A stretch of DNA of 64,000 nt from Candidatus Peribacterales bacterium (GTDB lineage: Bacteria; Patescibacteriota; Gracilibacteria; Peribacterales; Peribacteraceae), in the NCBI GenBank assembly GCA_035289645.1, contig DATDWL010000012.1, positions 1,818-65,817 on the forward strand, read 5' to 3'. The translations under genes were made by a program, and so were the position numbers. This document shows, piece after piece, positions 9,015 through 18,910 of the stretch (position 1 is its first letter; every line of letters starts with the position of its first letter). Below the pieces are notes generated by a model, which did no database searches, was not told the origin of the DNA, and saw nothing but the letters and a program-made list of their open reading frames with translations.

Positions 9015-10568
9015 CTATTGCGCTGTTTCTATTACGCGGCGCTCGCGAATCACATTCACTTTAATAACACCCGGATACGCAAGTTGCGCTTCGATTTTCT
9101 GCGCGATGTCCTTTGCAAGTTTTCGCTGCGCCAAATCATCCACTTGTTCCGCATCCACAAACACGCGGACTTCACGTCCGGCGCTGATAGCATAGGCTTT
9201 TTGCACACCGGTGAATGAGCGAGCCACGTCTTCGAGTTCTTTAAGCCTCTGCACATACGCCTCCATGGATTCGCGCCGTGCACCGGGACGGGAACCGCTG
9301 ATCGCGTCGGCTGCGGCAACCACAAACGCTTCCGCCGTTTCCATCGGAATATCTTCGTGGTGCGCCGCCACGCAATGAATGACTTCCGGGCGCACTTTGT
9401 ACCGCTTGCAGATCTCGACACCGATTTCGACGTGTGTGCCTTTTACCTCATGATCGAGTGCCTTGCCAATATCATGGAGTAGGCAGCCCTCGGTCACAAC
9501 CGAAACATCCGCGCCGATTTCTTCCGCCAGCATCCGGCCAAGATGCGCCATTTCGACACTGTGCTTTAGAACGTTCTGGCCGTAACTCGTACGGAATCGC
9601 AACCGTCCGATAATTTTGATGAGATCGGGATGGTAGCCTTTGATTCCAAGCTCCTCGCATGCACGTTCTCCAAACTGCACCATCATCTTTCCGACTTCCT
9701 TCTTCTGCTTCTCTACTTCCTCTTCAATCCGTGCCGGTTGAATGCGTCCATCCTGTACGAGTTTTTCCATGGCGCGTTTTGCCACATACCGTCGCACAAG
9801 ATCGTACCCGGTGATGACAATGGCATCGGGCGTATCATCAATAATTACATCGACACCCGTAGCACGTTCGAACGAGGTAATGTTGCGCCCTTCTTTTCCG
9901 ATAATTCTCCCCTTCATGTCGTCGCTCGGCAACGGAACAACCGTCGCAGTCGATTCTGATGTCACCTCCGATGCATACCGCTGCATCGCCTGTGAAAGTA
10001 GATCACGCGCATGCTCCTCTACCGTACGATCGGATTCCTGCTTCAGAAGATCAACCTGATGCGCAAGGTGCGAGCTGTATTCCTTTTCCACCTCGGCAAG
10101 AAGCTCCTTTTTGGCTTCCTCTTGCGAAAGTTTAGCGACATTTTCGAGCGCCTTCCTCTGCGTTTCTGCGGCAACCGAAAGCTCCTTTCGCAGTGCATCC
10201 GCTGCGTCGTTCTTCTTCTGAAGCGATGCCCGCTCCTCCTTCAGCTCGCCCTCAACTTTCGTTAAGTCCTTTTCCCATTGCTCCAATTTTGCCGATTCCT
10301 TTTCGATCACACTGCGCTCTTCGTGCGCGGCAAGTTTCGCTTCTGCGATAATTTGCTGAGCTTTGGCCTTCGCCTCGGCCTCCGCAGTTTTAAGATCGCC
10401 GCGAGCCGCGGCTACTTTTGATTGAAGAGTCTGGAACTCACGTTCCTGCGACTGAATTTTTTCTTGGAGCTTCTGGCTAATTTTCTCGCCGCTGCCGCGA
10501 GATTTGGCAGCCATAAATCCAACGCCTCCCCCAAGGAGGAGAGCAATAATTCCAATGATGTATTCCAT
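9015..10568 (-). CDS. rny: Ribonuclease Y
   Basis: N-terminal TM helix, long coiled coil, KH segment GRIIGKEGRNITSFERATGVDVIIDD, and HD domain LLHDIGKA..HH. Confidence 0.92.
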   Translation of the reverse strand: MEYIIGIIALLLGGGVGFMAAKSRGSGEKISQKLQEKIQSQEREFQTLQSKVAAARGDLKTAEAEAKAKAQQIIAEAKLAAHEERSVIEKESAKLEQWEKDLTKVEGELKEERASLQKKNDAADALRKELSVAAETQRKALENVAKLSQEEAKKELLAEVEKEYSSHLAHQVDLLKQESDRTVEEHARDLLSQAMQRYASEVTSESTATVVPLPSDDMKGRIIGKEGRNITSFERATGVDVIIDDTPDAIVITGYDLVRRYVAKRAMEKLVQDGRIQPARIEEEVEKQKKEVGKMMVQFGERACEELGIKGYHPDLIKIIGRLRFRTSYGQNVLKHSVEMAHLGRMLAEEIGADVSVVTEGCLLHDIGKALDHEVKGTHVEIGVEICKRYKVRPEVIHCVAAHHEDIPMETAEAFVVAAADAISGSRPGARRESMEAYVQRLKELEDVARSFTGVQKAYAISAGREVRVFVDAEQVDDLAQRKLAKDIAQKIEAQLAYPGVIKVNVIRERRVIETAQ

Positions 10569-10976
10569 AGTGCATGGGGGGTCAGGGATAGAGAACCTCA
10601 GTCACTTAAGCGGAAGGAAAACCTTCCCTGACTTTCTTTGCCGATTATGACTCAAACAAATATCCTAGAGAACGTCGTATGGGAATTGCTCAAAGGGGAA
10701 TAAAGGAGGTTTGAGAGGCGGAAGAAAGAAAACAAAGTGACTGGTATGGGTAAAGTATACATTGCGACCATAGGAATTCACCATGGCAAGGATGTGGCGA
10801 GAAAGAGCAGATTGGAGTCTGTTCAATAGTTTTTTGGCTCTATGAAGACGCTAAATAAAGTTGCGTATTTTTAAATATATTTCATTGAATATTTCTATAG
10901 TGACAGTGAAATCACACCGAATAGTAGAGTTCGTTCTTGGAGAAATTGCATTGCAACGGATACACTCCACCCCTTT

Positions 10977-13900
10977 ATGCCAAGACTGCGTTTGATCATG
11001 GTTATGGCAGCGTGTTTGTTGTGCATGCCGTTCGCGCGGGCTGCAGCGAAGATTGTTCTCTCGGAAATCTTTTGGAGTGGGAGCGATCTTTCCACTGCCG
11101 ATGAATGGATTGAGCTTGTAAATACTGGCTCGGGAACAGCATCATTGAGCGGATGGATGCTCACTCGGATGAGCAGTGGCGAAGAAACACCCATGCTCAT
11201 GATTCCTGCGGGATCATTGATAGAGCCGTTCGGATTCTATTTGATTGGTAACAACAATGAATCCTCCTCGCGACTTGCGATCGAACCAGATTTTGTGGAG
11301 AGCGCTGTCAGTCTTGCAAACACACAGCTTTTCCTTTGGCTCTACGATGATAACGGAACATTGATCGATACCATTGATGATGGCATTGGCACTCCATTTG
11401 CAGGATCGAATGCACTGCCAAAGGCATCGATGGAAAGAATCGATCTTGTTGGGTCGGGACAGATAAAAACGAACTGGCAAACAGCATCTACATTCATCAA
11501 TATCGATGACGGAGCTTCGATGCGTGGCACGCCGCACGCAACAAATGGCTCCGGACCGTCTGTCGATACATTCCCGCCGAGTGAAGCCACAAACTTCGCA
11601 GCAGAAACTCTACAGGAATCTTCATCCGGTACCCTTGCAATCACATGGACACCGAGCACATCGCTCGATCTATTCTCTCAGACACTTCTATGGAACGGCA
11701 CGGGAGTGACGCTATCGCATTCTGCAAGCGGCATCGCACTCACTGGCATAAGCACGGGAGTGACATTTACGCTCCAATCAATTGATCACAGCGGGAATTC
11801 CTCAACCGGCATAACAACAGTGTCGCAGCCATTCCCGAATGTACAAATAACGGAAGTGCTCGCTAATCCTGCAGGTGCTGATGATGCGGAGTGGATCGAA
11901 ATCGCAAATCACGGGTCAGAACAAGTGGAAATCGGCGGATGGATTTTGGATGAAGGGAATTCCCCGGGGAATTACTCATTTCCACACCCTCTTCTGTTGC
12001 AGCCAAACGAACATCGTGCGTTTCCTAAAACAATAACGACTCTCCCACTTGGGAACGATGGAGAAACGCTTACGCTCAAGCGCGGGAACACCATCGTGGA
12101 CACATGGGTCTACGAAGCAACGGAAGAAGAGGTCAGTTTTGGGAGGAGTAAAGAGGATCCACCACTCTTCCTGCCTTTTTGCGTTCCCACAATGAATAAG
12201 CCAAATGATATGATTTCGCCTAATCCAATCATCACGATTCAGAGCGGGAATGTCATTGGCGAGCGCGAAGTATCGCTCAACCTGATTGCAGAGGTGGAAA
12301 CGGGATCAACCGTGCATGCGACATGCCGCTGGCAATACGGAGATGGTTTCACCTCAGAAAGCTGCAATCCCCCCTCGCATACGTTCGGTGCAGCCGGCTC
12401 ATACGAGATTCTCCTCCACTATTCTGATTTCTGCGGGAACGAGATGGTGCGTAGTTTGACTGTAACAGTCACAGAGCCAAACTCTTCAGGAAACACCGCT
12501 CAAAGCAGGAGCGGACAAACTGGTGGCACTGCAGGAATAAGCGGCGGAAAGGAAAGTGGCAATCGCACGAGCTGCAGTCCTGCAGAGTTCGATGGCATCC
12601 GCATCAGCGAGATCTTCCCAAATCCGACGGGCGATGACGCCGATGGAGAGTGGATAGAAATCGAAAATACACTGAGTACGAACGCATCACTCTGCGGGTG
12701 GACGCTTGATGATGGAGAAGATGGCAGCAAACCGTTCGTACTCGATACCTATACTCTTTCGCCGCAATCGCTCCTTGTCCTTGAGCGGAAACAAACAAAG
12801 CTTGCACTCAATAACAGCGACGAATCCGTACGACTCTTCGATCCAAACGGAGAAGTGGAGGACATCGTCATCTATGCAACAAGCGAGGAAGGAAAGAGTT
12901 TCGCACTGCGCGAGGATGATCTTTTTGTTTGGACTCCATTCGTCACGCCCGGCAGCACCAATGAATTCCGCACGGCGGAACGAAAAGGAGCGACTCAATC
13001 CATCGTCATTTCTGCTGTTCTCCCAAATCCCGATGGCAACGACGAAGGGAATGAGTGGATTGAACTTACGAATGTGGGAATGGTGCCAATCGATCTCTTT
13101 GGTTGGAGCCTTGCGAATGCAAAGGGCAATGCGTACGTCATGCCAAAAATGAAGATGCAACCACATGAAGTACGACGGTTGACCAGTGATCGAACAAGCA
13201 TCACGCTCACAAACACCATTGATGAAGCACGTCTGTATGATTCACTGGCAAACCTCATTTCTCTTCTCGGATGGTCAAATGCAATTTCCGGGAGAACCTA
13301 CTTTCCATCGAGGGTAGGAGAAAGGATCGGTGCTGAGGTTGTTTCGGTTGTTGATGGCGATACGATCGATGTGGACATCGGTGGAATACGCGAACGAGTC
13401 CGCATGATCGGAATCGATACGCCAGAAACCGTTCATCCGAAAAAATCCATCGAAAAATTCGGAAGAGAAGCCAGTGAATTTACAAAAAAGATACTCCTCG
13501 GAAAAAATATTTTTCTGGAATTCGATGAGGAAGAACGCGACAAGTACAACCGCATGCTCGCGTATGTGCTTTTGATGGATGGCACAAATGTGAACGGTGA
13601 ATTGATCCGTCGAGGATTTGCATATGCATATCTCCGCTTCCCCTTTGCATATTCTGCGCTTTTTCGTGCATACGAAGATGAGGCAAGAAAAGCAAAAATC
13701 GGACTCTGGGCGGATGAGGAAGCGACAGACGAAATCATCGAAACAAAAAAAGGCATCGAGGAAGAAGCGACAAAAGCACAAGGAATCGTAACCGGATCGG
13801 GCATGACAACATCGGGAAGCACACTGTCTGGGAGCATGCTCATCGCTGATGATAAACCCGTAGCTGCACCATATACAGCGCCACTACAGGAGAATCCATT

Positions 13901-14642
13901 TTCCGAAATCATGAGCAATCCACCGATGGATGGACTCTTGCACGATCTTGGCGAATATCTGGAGCTCGCAAATCCGACTGATGAGCCGCACTCACTCGCA
14001 GGATGGATTCTGGATGATGATCCGCAAGGAAGCAGCAAGAGAAAAACTCTTGATGCGCGATATGTGATCGAGCCGCAGGGATATCTTCTCCTTTGCAAAA
14101 GTGACGAATGTGATCTGCCTCTTGGGATCTCGCTCAACAATGATGGCGAAGAGCTTTCTCTTGCATCGCCGGATGGCAATCAAATATTTTCCGTTGCGTA
14201 TCCCAAAATACAACGCGGCGAATCGTATGCAATTCACAAAAATGAATGGTGCGTTTCTTCTCTCATCACCCCCCGCGCGCCAAATATATGCCAACAATCA
14301 ACAATGATTTCCGACTCGGTGCAGCAGAAAAAAATAAGTGACGCTACGAACACCGTCATTGCCAATCAAACATATCGACACAGTACACTCAGAAAAAAAT
14401 ATCGAAATATCGTGATGAAAGATGCTCAATCAGATAGAGCCATACAGCTGCATCCGCTCCTCGCTCCACTCGTGAAAAAAGAGGAAAGACTGAGTATAAA
14501 ACAATCAATATCACCATCACGAATGGAGATCCTCCGGCTCTCTGCCACAGGAATAGCAATGTCGTTCTTTGTCCTTGGTACTGCTTTGACGCGTAAAAAG
14601 ACCATCTCCCCCACTCCACAAAACGCCTCAATTCCTGTATAA
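10977..14642 (+). CDS. Cell-surface multi-domain nuclease: five lamin-tail domains, PKD-like domain, staphylococcal (thermo)nuclease domain, C-terminal LSATG+TM+basic signal
   Basis: LTD signatures: SEIFWSG..DEWIELVNTG, ITEVLANPAGADDAEWIEIANHG, ISEIFPNPTGDDADGEWIEIEN, ISAVLPNPDGNDEGNEWIELTNVG, FSEIMSNPP..GEYLELANPT. SNase core: VVDGDTIDV..RVRMIGIDTPE..KFGREA..NRMLAYV..NGELIRRGFAYAY. PKD-like: WQYGDG..HTFGAAGSYEI. Confidence 0.85.
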   Translation: MPRLRLIMVMAACLLCMPFARAAAKIVLSEIFWSGSDLSTADEWIELVNTGSGTASLSGWMLTRMSSGEETPMLMIPAGSLIEPFGFYLIGNNNESSSRLAIEPDFVESAVSLANTQLFLWLYDDNGTLIDTIDDGIGTPFAGSNALPKASMERIDLVGSGQIKTNWQTASTFINIDDGASMRGTPHATNGSGPSVDTFPPSEATNFAAETLQESSSGTLAITWTPSTSLDLFSQTLLWNGTGVTLSHSASGIALTGISTGVTFTLQSIDHSGNSSTGITTVSQPFPNVQITEVLANPAGADDAEWIEIANHGSEQVEIGGWILDEGNSPGNYSFPHPLLLQPNEHRAFPKTITTLPLGNDGETLTLKRGNTIVDTWVYEATEEEVSFGRSKEDPPLFLPFCVPTMNKPNDMISPNPIITIQSGNVIGEREVSLNLIAEVETGSTVHATCRWQYGDGFTSESCNPPSHTFGAAGSYEILLHYSDFCGNEMVRSLTVTVTEPNSSGNTAQSRSGQTGGTAGISGGKESGNRTSCSPAEFDGIRISEIFPNPTGDDADGEWIEIENTLSTNASLCGWTLDDGEDGSKPFVLDTYTLSPQSLLVLERKQTKLALNNSDESVRLFDPNGEVEDIVIYATSEEGKSFALREDDLFVWTPFVTPGSTNEFRTAERKGATQSIVISAVLPNPDGNDEGNEWIELTNVGMVPIDLFGWSLANAKGNAYVMPKMKMQPHEVRRLTSDRTSITLTNTIDEARLYDSLANLISLLGWSNAISGRTYFPSRVGERIGAEVVSVVDGDTIDVDIGGIRERVRMIGIDTPETVHPKKSIEKFGREASEFTKKILLGKNIFLEFDEEERDKYNRMLAYVLLMDGTNVNGELIRRGFAYAYLRFPFAYSALFRAYEDEARKAKIGLWADEEATDEIIETKKGIEEEATKAQGIVTGSGMTTSGSTLSGSMLIADDKPVAAPYTAPLQENPFSEIMSNPPMDGLLHDLGEYLELANPTDEPHSLAGWILDDDPQGSSKRKTLDARYVIEPQGYLLLCKSDECDLPLGISLNNDGEELSLASPDGNQIFSVAYPKIQRGESYAIHKNEWCVSSLITPRAPNICQQSTMISDSVQQKKISDATNTVIANQTYRHSTLRKKYRNIVMKDAQSDRAIQLHPLLAPLVKKEERLSIKQSISPSRMEILRLSATGIAMSFFVLGTALTRKKTISPTPQNASIPV

Positions 14643-14666
14643 TGGTTGGATTTATCGAGCCTAAAA

Positions 14667-15764
14667 ATGACACAAAAATACATACCGCACTTCTACCCGG
14701 CAACGATCGTGCTTGCATCGCTGATGCTGAGCATCGTATCGCCCGTGTACGCAGCAGAAACATGGGTGAAGGAAGAACACAGCGCGATCCTCACGGCTTA
14801 CTACTCACCCGAACCGAATCAGGAGAAATATTATCTTGGGAGCTACGCCGCAGATACGATCTTCAATGGTCAAGGAATTCAGGGCGCCGATGGCACGAAA
14901 GTGTATCCCGGCATGATGGCAGCATCGGATGAAATTCCCTTTGGAGCACGCATCGAAGTACCGGGACTCAATATTGTAGGAACGGTTCATGATCGTGGAG
15001 GAAGAATCGAAACAGGAAATGACGGAGTGATACGAGTGGATGTATGGATGGGCAAAGGCAAAGAGGGATTGGCCCGTGCACTGCAATTTGGCGTGCAGAA
15101 GCATGCAGTGACCGTCTACGTTCCAAAAACCATGGAGGTTCCGGAGGAAAGGCTTAGCCTCAGCACTTTCCCCGCCCCGTTAAGCGTACTAAAGACACTG
15201 CCGGGTGAGTCGCAAGCTCTGGTTCGTAGCGAAAACAATGCGCAATATGGTGATACGAGTATTCTCGTAACATCGATTCAACATGCACTGGAAAAGCTTG
15301 GTTATTTTGATCATCCCATTACGACGTACTTCGGCGATGTGACGAAAGAATCACTCACAACGTTTTTGCGCGATGCGGGAATCGAAGGAAGTGGCGACAG
15401 TGGAGATCAAGCAACACGGGAGACTCTCGCTGCACATATCGAACTCACGGGAACATTGGAATCACCGGAACTTAATGATGAAACGCTCCTCGAGGGCAAC
15501 GATGGCCATGCTGTCCGCATACTGCAGCGCCTCCTCAAGCTCCTTGGCTACTACAACGGTGACATTGATGGAGAATATGATCAGGAGTTGATGAGCATCG
15601 TATACAAATTCCAACAGGAAAAAAATATCGTCACTTCTCCGGCAGATACGGGAGCGGGCATTGTCGGTCCGCAGACACGGAGGGCGCTCATTACTTCGTG
15701 GCGCGAGTACCGTATTACAAAGCGCGGGGGCGCAGATGATGTCGTAGCAATGCTCTTCGAATAA
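14667..15764 (+). CDS. 3D-domain protein with two peptidoglycan-binding (PG_binding_1-like) repeats
   Basis: LTAYYSPEPNQ..GADGTKVYPGMMAASDEIPFGARIEVPGL..GTVHDRGGRI fits the 3D (MltA-like) domain. IQHALEKLGYFD and LQRLLKLLGYYNGDIDGEYD fit PG-binding repeats. ATG at 14667 preferred to TTG at 14646. Confidence 0.75.
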   Translation: MTQKYIPHFYPATIVLASLMLSIVSPVYAAETWVKEEHSAILTAYYSPEPNQEKYYLGSYAADTIFNGQGIQGADGTKVYPGMMAASDEIPFGARIEVPGLNIVGTVHDRGGRIETGNDGVIRVDVWMGKGKEGLARALQFGVQKHAVTVYVPKTMEVPEERLSLSTFPAPLSVLKTLPGESQALVRSENNAQYGDTSILVTSIQHALEKLGYFDHPITTYFGDVTKESLTTFLRDAGIEGSGDSGDQATRETLAAHIELTGTLESPELNDETLLEGNDGHAVRILQRLLKLLGYYNGDIDGEYDQELMSIVYKFQQEKNIVTSPADTGAGIVGPQTRRALITSWREYRITKRGGADDVVAMLFE

Positions 15765-15783
15765 GGATGATATACTGTGGCTG

Positions 15784-16824
15784 ATGCGACGATTGTCGAT
15801 CACCCTTGTGTTCCTCGTGCTTGTCCCCCACTCAGCGTTTGCGGAAGAGTTTGTCACGCGTGCGGAAGGGCTCCGGATGATATGGGAACCGCTCAAGCGG
15901 CCAGCTGAGGAAACGCGCGAGCCGCAGTTCACCGATGTTTCGCCGGATCATCCTGAGTTTGCAATCATCCGATTCGCGAAAGCACGAGGCATGGTGGAAG
16001 ACGGATCGCAGTTTTATCCGGACGATACTCTCCATTTGAATGCAGCGCTCCTCTGGCTCCTGCAGACGCGGAATGTCGATGCGTGGGAAAATATCCGTTA
16101 CGAAACGCTCTCCACATATGTGGAACAATATGCACTGCTTCCCGATCAAGCGGCATTAGATGCAAATCCACCGCTTAAGTCACAAGAACTCAGAACACTC
16201 ATCGATACATTGGATTTGGCTCTGCGAAGCGAAATACACACTGTGAGCTACTACAGCGATGAATTCGCCGGCGATCACACGGCATTCGGTGAGATTTTTG
16301 ATCCGAATGCGCTCACGGCAGCACATCGCACACTCCCGCATAACACGCTCGTGAAAGTAACAAATACCGAAAACGAAAAGAGTGTCACCGTACGCATTAA
16401 TGATCGCGGACCCTACATAGAAGGAAGAGATATGGATCTCTCACGCGCAGCATTTTCGCGCATCACATCGACCAACCACGGTGTAATCGGGAATGTACGC
16501 TTCGAGCGCCTCGGGAGCGCCGTGGAAGTTGCAAACGACGCTCTCTGCAGCGATACATACTTCCAACGTCGTGTCGGCGACACTCTCTTTACGCCCGGCA
16601 TTCCGGCAACAATTCCGGTTGGCACCGTCCTCACGATCACGGCGGATCATGCATTCCTCACTCCTCTCCTCAGATTGCCGGGTGACCGCGTTCGACGTTC
16701 TAACGAATGGAAGGAAACTCTGACTCTCTCATTTAAAAAGGAAGGAATCGCAACGGTGGTGCTGCAGACAGATGCGGGGAGGAAACGGCGATTGAGGACG
16801 AAGGTTGTTAGCGGATGTTTATGA
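15784..16824 (+). CDS. rlpA: RlpA-like (DPBB) lytic transglycosylase family protein
   Basis: VSYYSDEFAGDHTAFGEIFDPNALTAAHRTLPHNTLVKVTNTENEKSVTVRINDRGPYIEGRDMDLSRAAF is the RlpA double-psi beta-barrel signature. Confidence 0.8.
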   Translation: MRRLSITLVFLVLVPHSAFAEEFVTRAEGLRMIWEPLKRPAEETREPQFTDVSPDHPEFAIIRFAKARGMVEDGSQFYPDDTLHLNAALLWLLQTRNVDAWENIRYETLSTYVEQYALLPDQAALDANPPLKSQELRTLIDTLDLALRSEIHTVSYYSDEFAGDHTAFGEIFDPNALTAAHRTLPHNTLVKVTNTENEKSVTVRINDRGPYIEGRDMDLSRAAFSRITSTNHGVIGNVRFERLGSAVEVANDALCSDTYFQRRVGDTLFTPGIPATIPVGTVLTITADHAFLTPLLRLPGDRVRRSNEWKETLTLSFKKEGIATVVLQTDAGRKRRLRTKVVSGCL

Positions 16825-16867
16825 ATATGATGTTGAATCGTCGCTCTACGAAGCCAAATATCTTCGA

Positions 16868-17497
16868 TTACAGCGGCTCCTTCTTTGGAATGCCGATATC
16901 GCGAGGAAACTCGCTTGGAAGCATCGCGGTCTTTTGGAAGAGGAGAATCTGCCGCGTTCCATAATCACCGGGGAGCGTATATTCGCGTCGCTCGGCAAGT
17001 CTGGTTTTCAGCTGCATCCTCGCTTGGATGGAAGCAACAAGTTCCTCTTCGATCGTCAAACTCTTCCAGCACATAAGAGTCCCCCCCACCCGCGCGAATG
17101 GACTCATGAACTCAAGAAGCGTGGCAAGCGGCGCAACCGCACGGCTCAATACAAAATCAAATTGTTCTCGGAATGAATTATCTCTCCCCAGCTCCTCAGC
17201 ACGCCCAACCACGAGATCAACATTCGTAAGCCCGAGGGTATTGATGATTCTCTGCACGGCATCGATTTTCTTCGTTGTCGAATCGAGTCCGGTAAACCTC
17301 GTATACGGAAAAAGGATGGCAAGCGGCAACAGAGGAAATCCTCCACCGGTGCCAAGATCGAGCACACTGGTCATCCTGCCAAATTCTGCTTGATGGATGC
17401 CAACTATCGAATCCAAAATATTTCCATGCCAGCACTGCTCCTCTGTCCGATACGCGGAGAGATTGATCTTCGTGTTCTCCGTAAGGAACAGCGCCAT
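16868..17497 (-). CDS. rsmG: 16S rRNA (guanine527-N7)-methyltransferase
   Basis: VLDLGTGGGFPLLPLAILFP SAM motif, RAVAPL motif, ~209 aa. Typical GidB/RsmG. Confidence 0.85.
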   Translation of the reverse strand: MALFLTENTKINLSAYRTEEQCWHGNILDSIVGIHQAEFGRMTSVLDLGTGGGFPLLPLAILFPYTRFTGLDSTTKKIDAVQRIINTLGLTNVDLVVGRAEELGRDNSFREQFDFVLSRAVAPLATLLEFMSPFARVGGTLMCWKSLTIEEELVASIQARMQLKTRLAERREYTLPGDYGTRQILLFQKTAMLPSEFPRDIGIPKKEPL

Positions 17498-17576
17498 AAG
17501 CTCCTTGAGCCGCTGATTTTGATCGGAAGAAGTATCTATGGCGCGATGCTACGCAGTGTGGTTCCATATGGTCAAG

Positions 17577-18212
17577 ATGAGCGACATTCTCTCCCTCATG
17601 AAACAGGCGGACGCGATTATCACCGATAGTCATATCGTAGGCACCTCAGGCAAGCATATGAGTGTCTACATCAACAAAGACGCTCTGTACCCTCATACCG
17701 AAATGGCAAGCGATGTTGGAAGAATGATGGCGGAGAAGTACAAAGATGCAGGGGTGGAAGTTGTGGTGGGTCCGATGCTCGGCGGAATTATTTTGAGCCA
17801 GTGGACGGCATACCATCTCACGAAGATGACAGGGAAGGAGGTCTTATCGGTGTATACGGAAAAGGATGCAGAAGGAAATCAGATCTTTTCGCGACGGCGC
17901 TATGATCGCTTTGTGAAGGGAAAAAAGACGTTGGTTGTCGAAGATATTACAAATACCGGAGGCTCGGCGAAGAAAGTCGTAGAGACCGTGAAAGCCGCAG
18001 GGGGAATCATCGTGGCACTCTGCGTGATGGTGAACCGCGATCCCAAAAATATTACATCGGAAACCATGGGTGCACCGTTTGATGCGCTCGGCATCATCGA
18101 AGCGGAAGCATACGATGAATCAACATGTCCCCTCTGTAAAAAGGGAGTGCCAATTAATACGGAAGTTGGGCATGGAAAAGCATACTTAGCAAAGAAAAAC
18201 GAACGCTCTTGA
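17577..18212 (+). CDS. Phosphoribosyltransferase (orotate PRTase-like)
   Basis: PRPP-binding motif TLVVEDITNTGGSAKK. ATG at 17577 (MSDIL..) preferred to 17538. Confidence 0.7.
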   Translation: MSDILSLMKQADAIITDSHIVGTSGKHMSVYINKDALYPHTEMASDVGRMMAEKYKDAGVEVVVGPMLGGIILSQWTAYHLTKMTGKEVLSVYTEKDAEGNQIFSRRRYDRFVKGKKTLVVEDITNTGGSAKKVVETVKAAGGIIVALCVMVNRDPKNITSETMGAPFDALGIIEAEAYDESTCPLCKKGVPINTEVGHGKAYLAKKNERS

Positions 18213-18252
18213 TGTCATCACATGACATAAGGTCTCACTGATCGAAACCGAA

Positions 18253-18329
18253 TGGTACCCGCGGCAGGATTCGAACCCACGACCTCCTGGTCCGAAGCCA
18301 GGCGCTCTATCCAGCTGAGCTACGCGGGC
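18253..18329 (-). tRNA. tRNA-Arg (TCG), CCA encoded
   Basis: Reverse complement: acceptor GCCCGCG/CGCGGGT, D arm GCTC..GAGC, anticodon stem CCTGG/CCAGG with loop CTTCGGA, T loop TTCGAAT (T stem has two G-U pairs), A-CCA. Confidence 0.85.
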
Positions 18330-18456
18330 GGGTTATGAGAGGAAATGAGCAAAGAAGCGGCACGCGCCTCGACCATCATACCGTGAATAACAGAAGGCTG
18401 CTTACCGAAGAAAAGCGTGTTCGTGATGTATGAACCGTACCTGCTACACTTTCTCC

Positions 18457-18795
18457 ATGACCTTCGATGATGATCAGAAGCGGAAGGCGTTGAGGGAAAA
18501 GGAGCAACGAGCGGATTTCGAAGGCAAAGCAGAGATCCAAAAACTGCAGCGCGAGATCGAGGCTGCAAAGCAGAGGGAAGAGCGTTCTGCTCTCCAACGA
18601 CAGATTCTCCAGAAGGAACTGAAAGAACAAGAGAAAAAAAGTGCTCCGACAAAAACAAAAAAGCGGGAAGTGCAATCTTCTGATGATCATGTTGGAGATG
18701 CCAAAACGTTCGTCGAAACCGAGCAAGAACGTCAAAAGACAATCAATCAGGCGCTAACGCAAGCGCCGAGCGAAGAGGGAGAATCACAAGGGTAA
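18457..18795 (+). CDS. Hypothetical charged coiled-coil protein
   Basis: Lys/Glu/Gln-rich ORF. An antisense ORF of similar length exists (18320-18742), so coding status is uncertain. Confidence 0.35.
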   Translation: MTFDDDQKRKALREKEQRADFEGKAEIQKLQREIEAAKQREERSALQRQILQKELKEQEKKSAPTKTKKREVQSSDDHVGDAKTFVETEQERQKTINQALTQAPSEEGESQG

Positions 18796-18910
18796 GCCAA
18801 AAAATACTGCAAAAGACTGCAAGTGGTTTTAATGGCTCAAATATAGGTTTTTGAGCAAATCTATGCTAAAATCATAAGATTTCTTCAAACAAAACATAAA
18901 ACATAATTCC

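Noticed and set aside
13433-14179. 248-aa minus-strand ORF antisense to the LTD nuclease gene. Similar long antisense ORFs lie at 26921-27754, 41934-42647, 50534-51196, 25443-26090, 30177-30773 and 33406-34020.
   Set aside because: Each lies entirely within a confidently identified conserved gene on the opposite strand. Their translations are low-complexity, Arg/Ser/Cys-rich and have no recognisable motifs. They are typical shadow ORFs.
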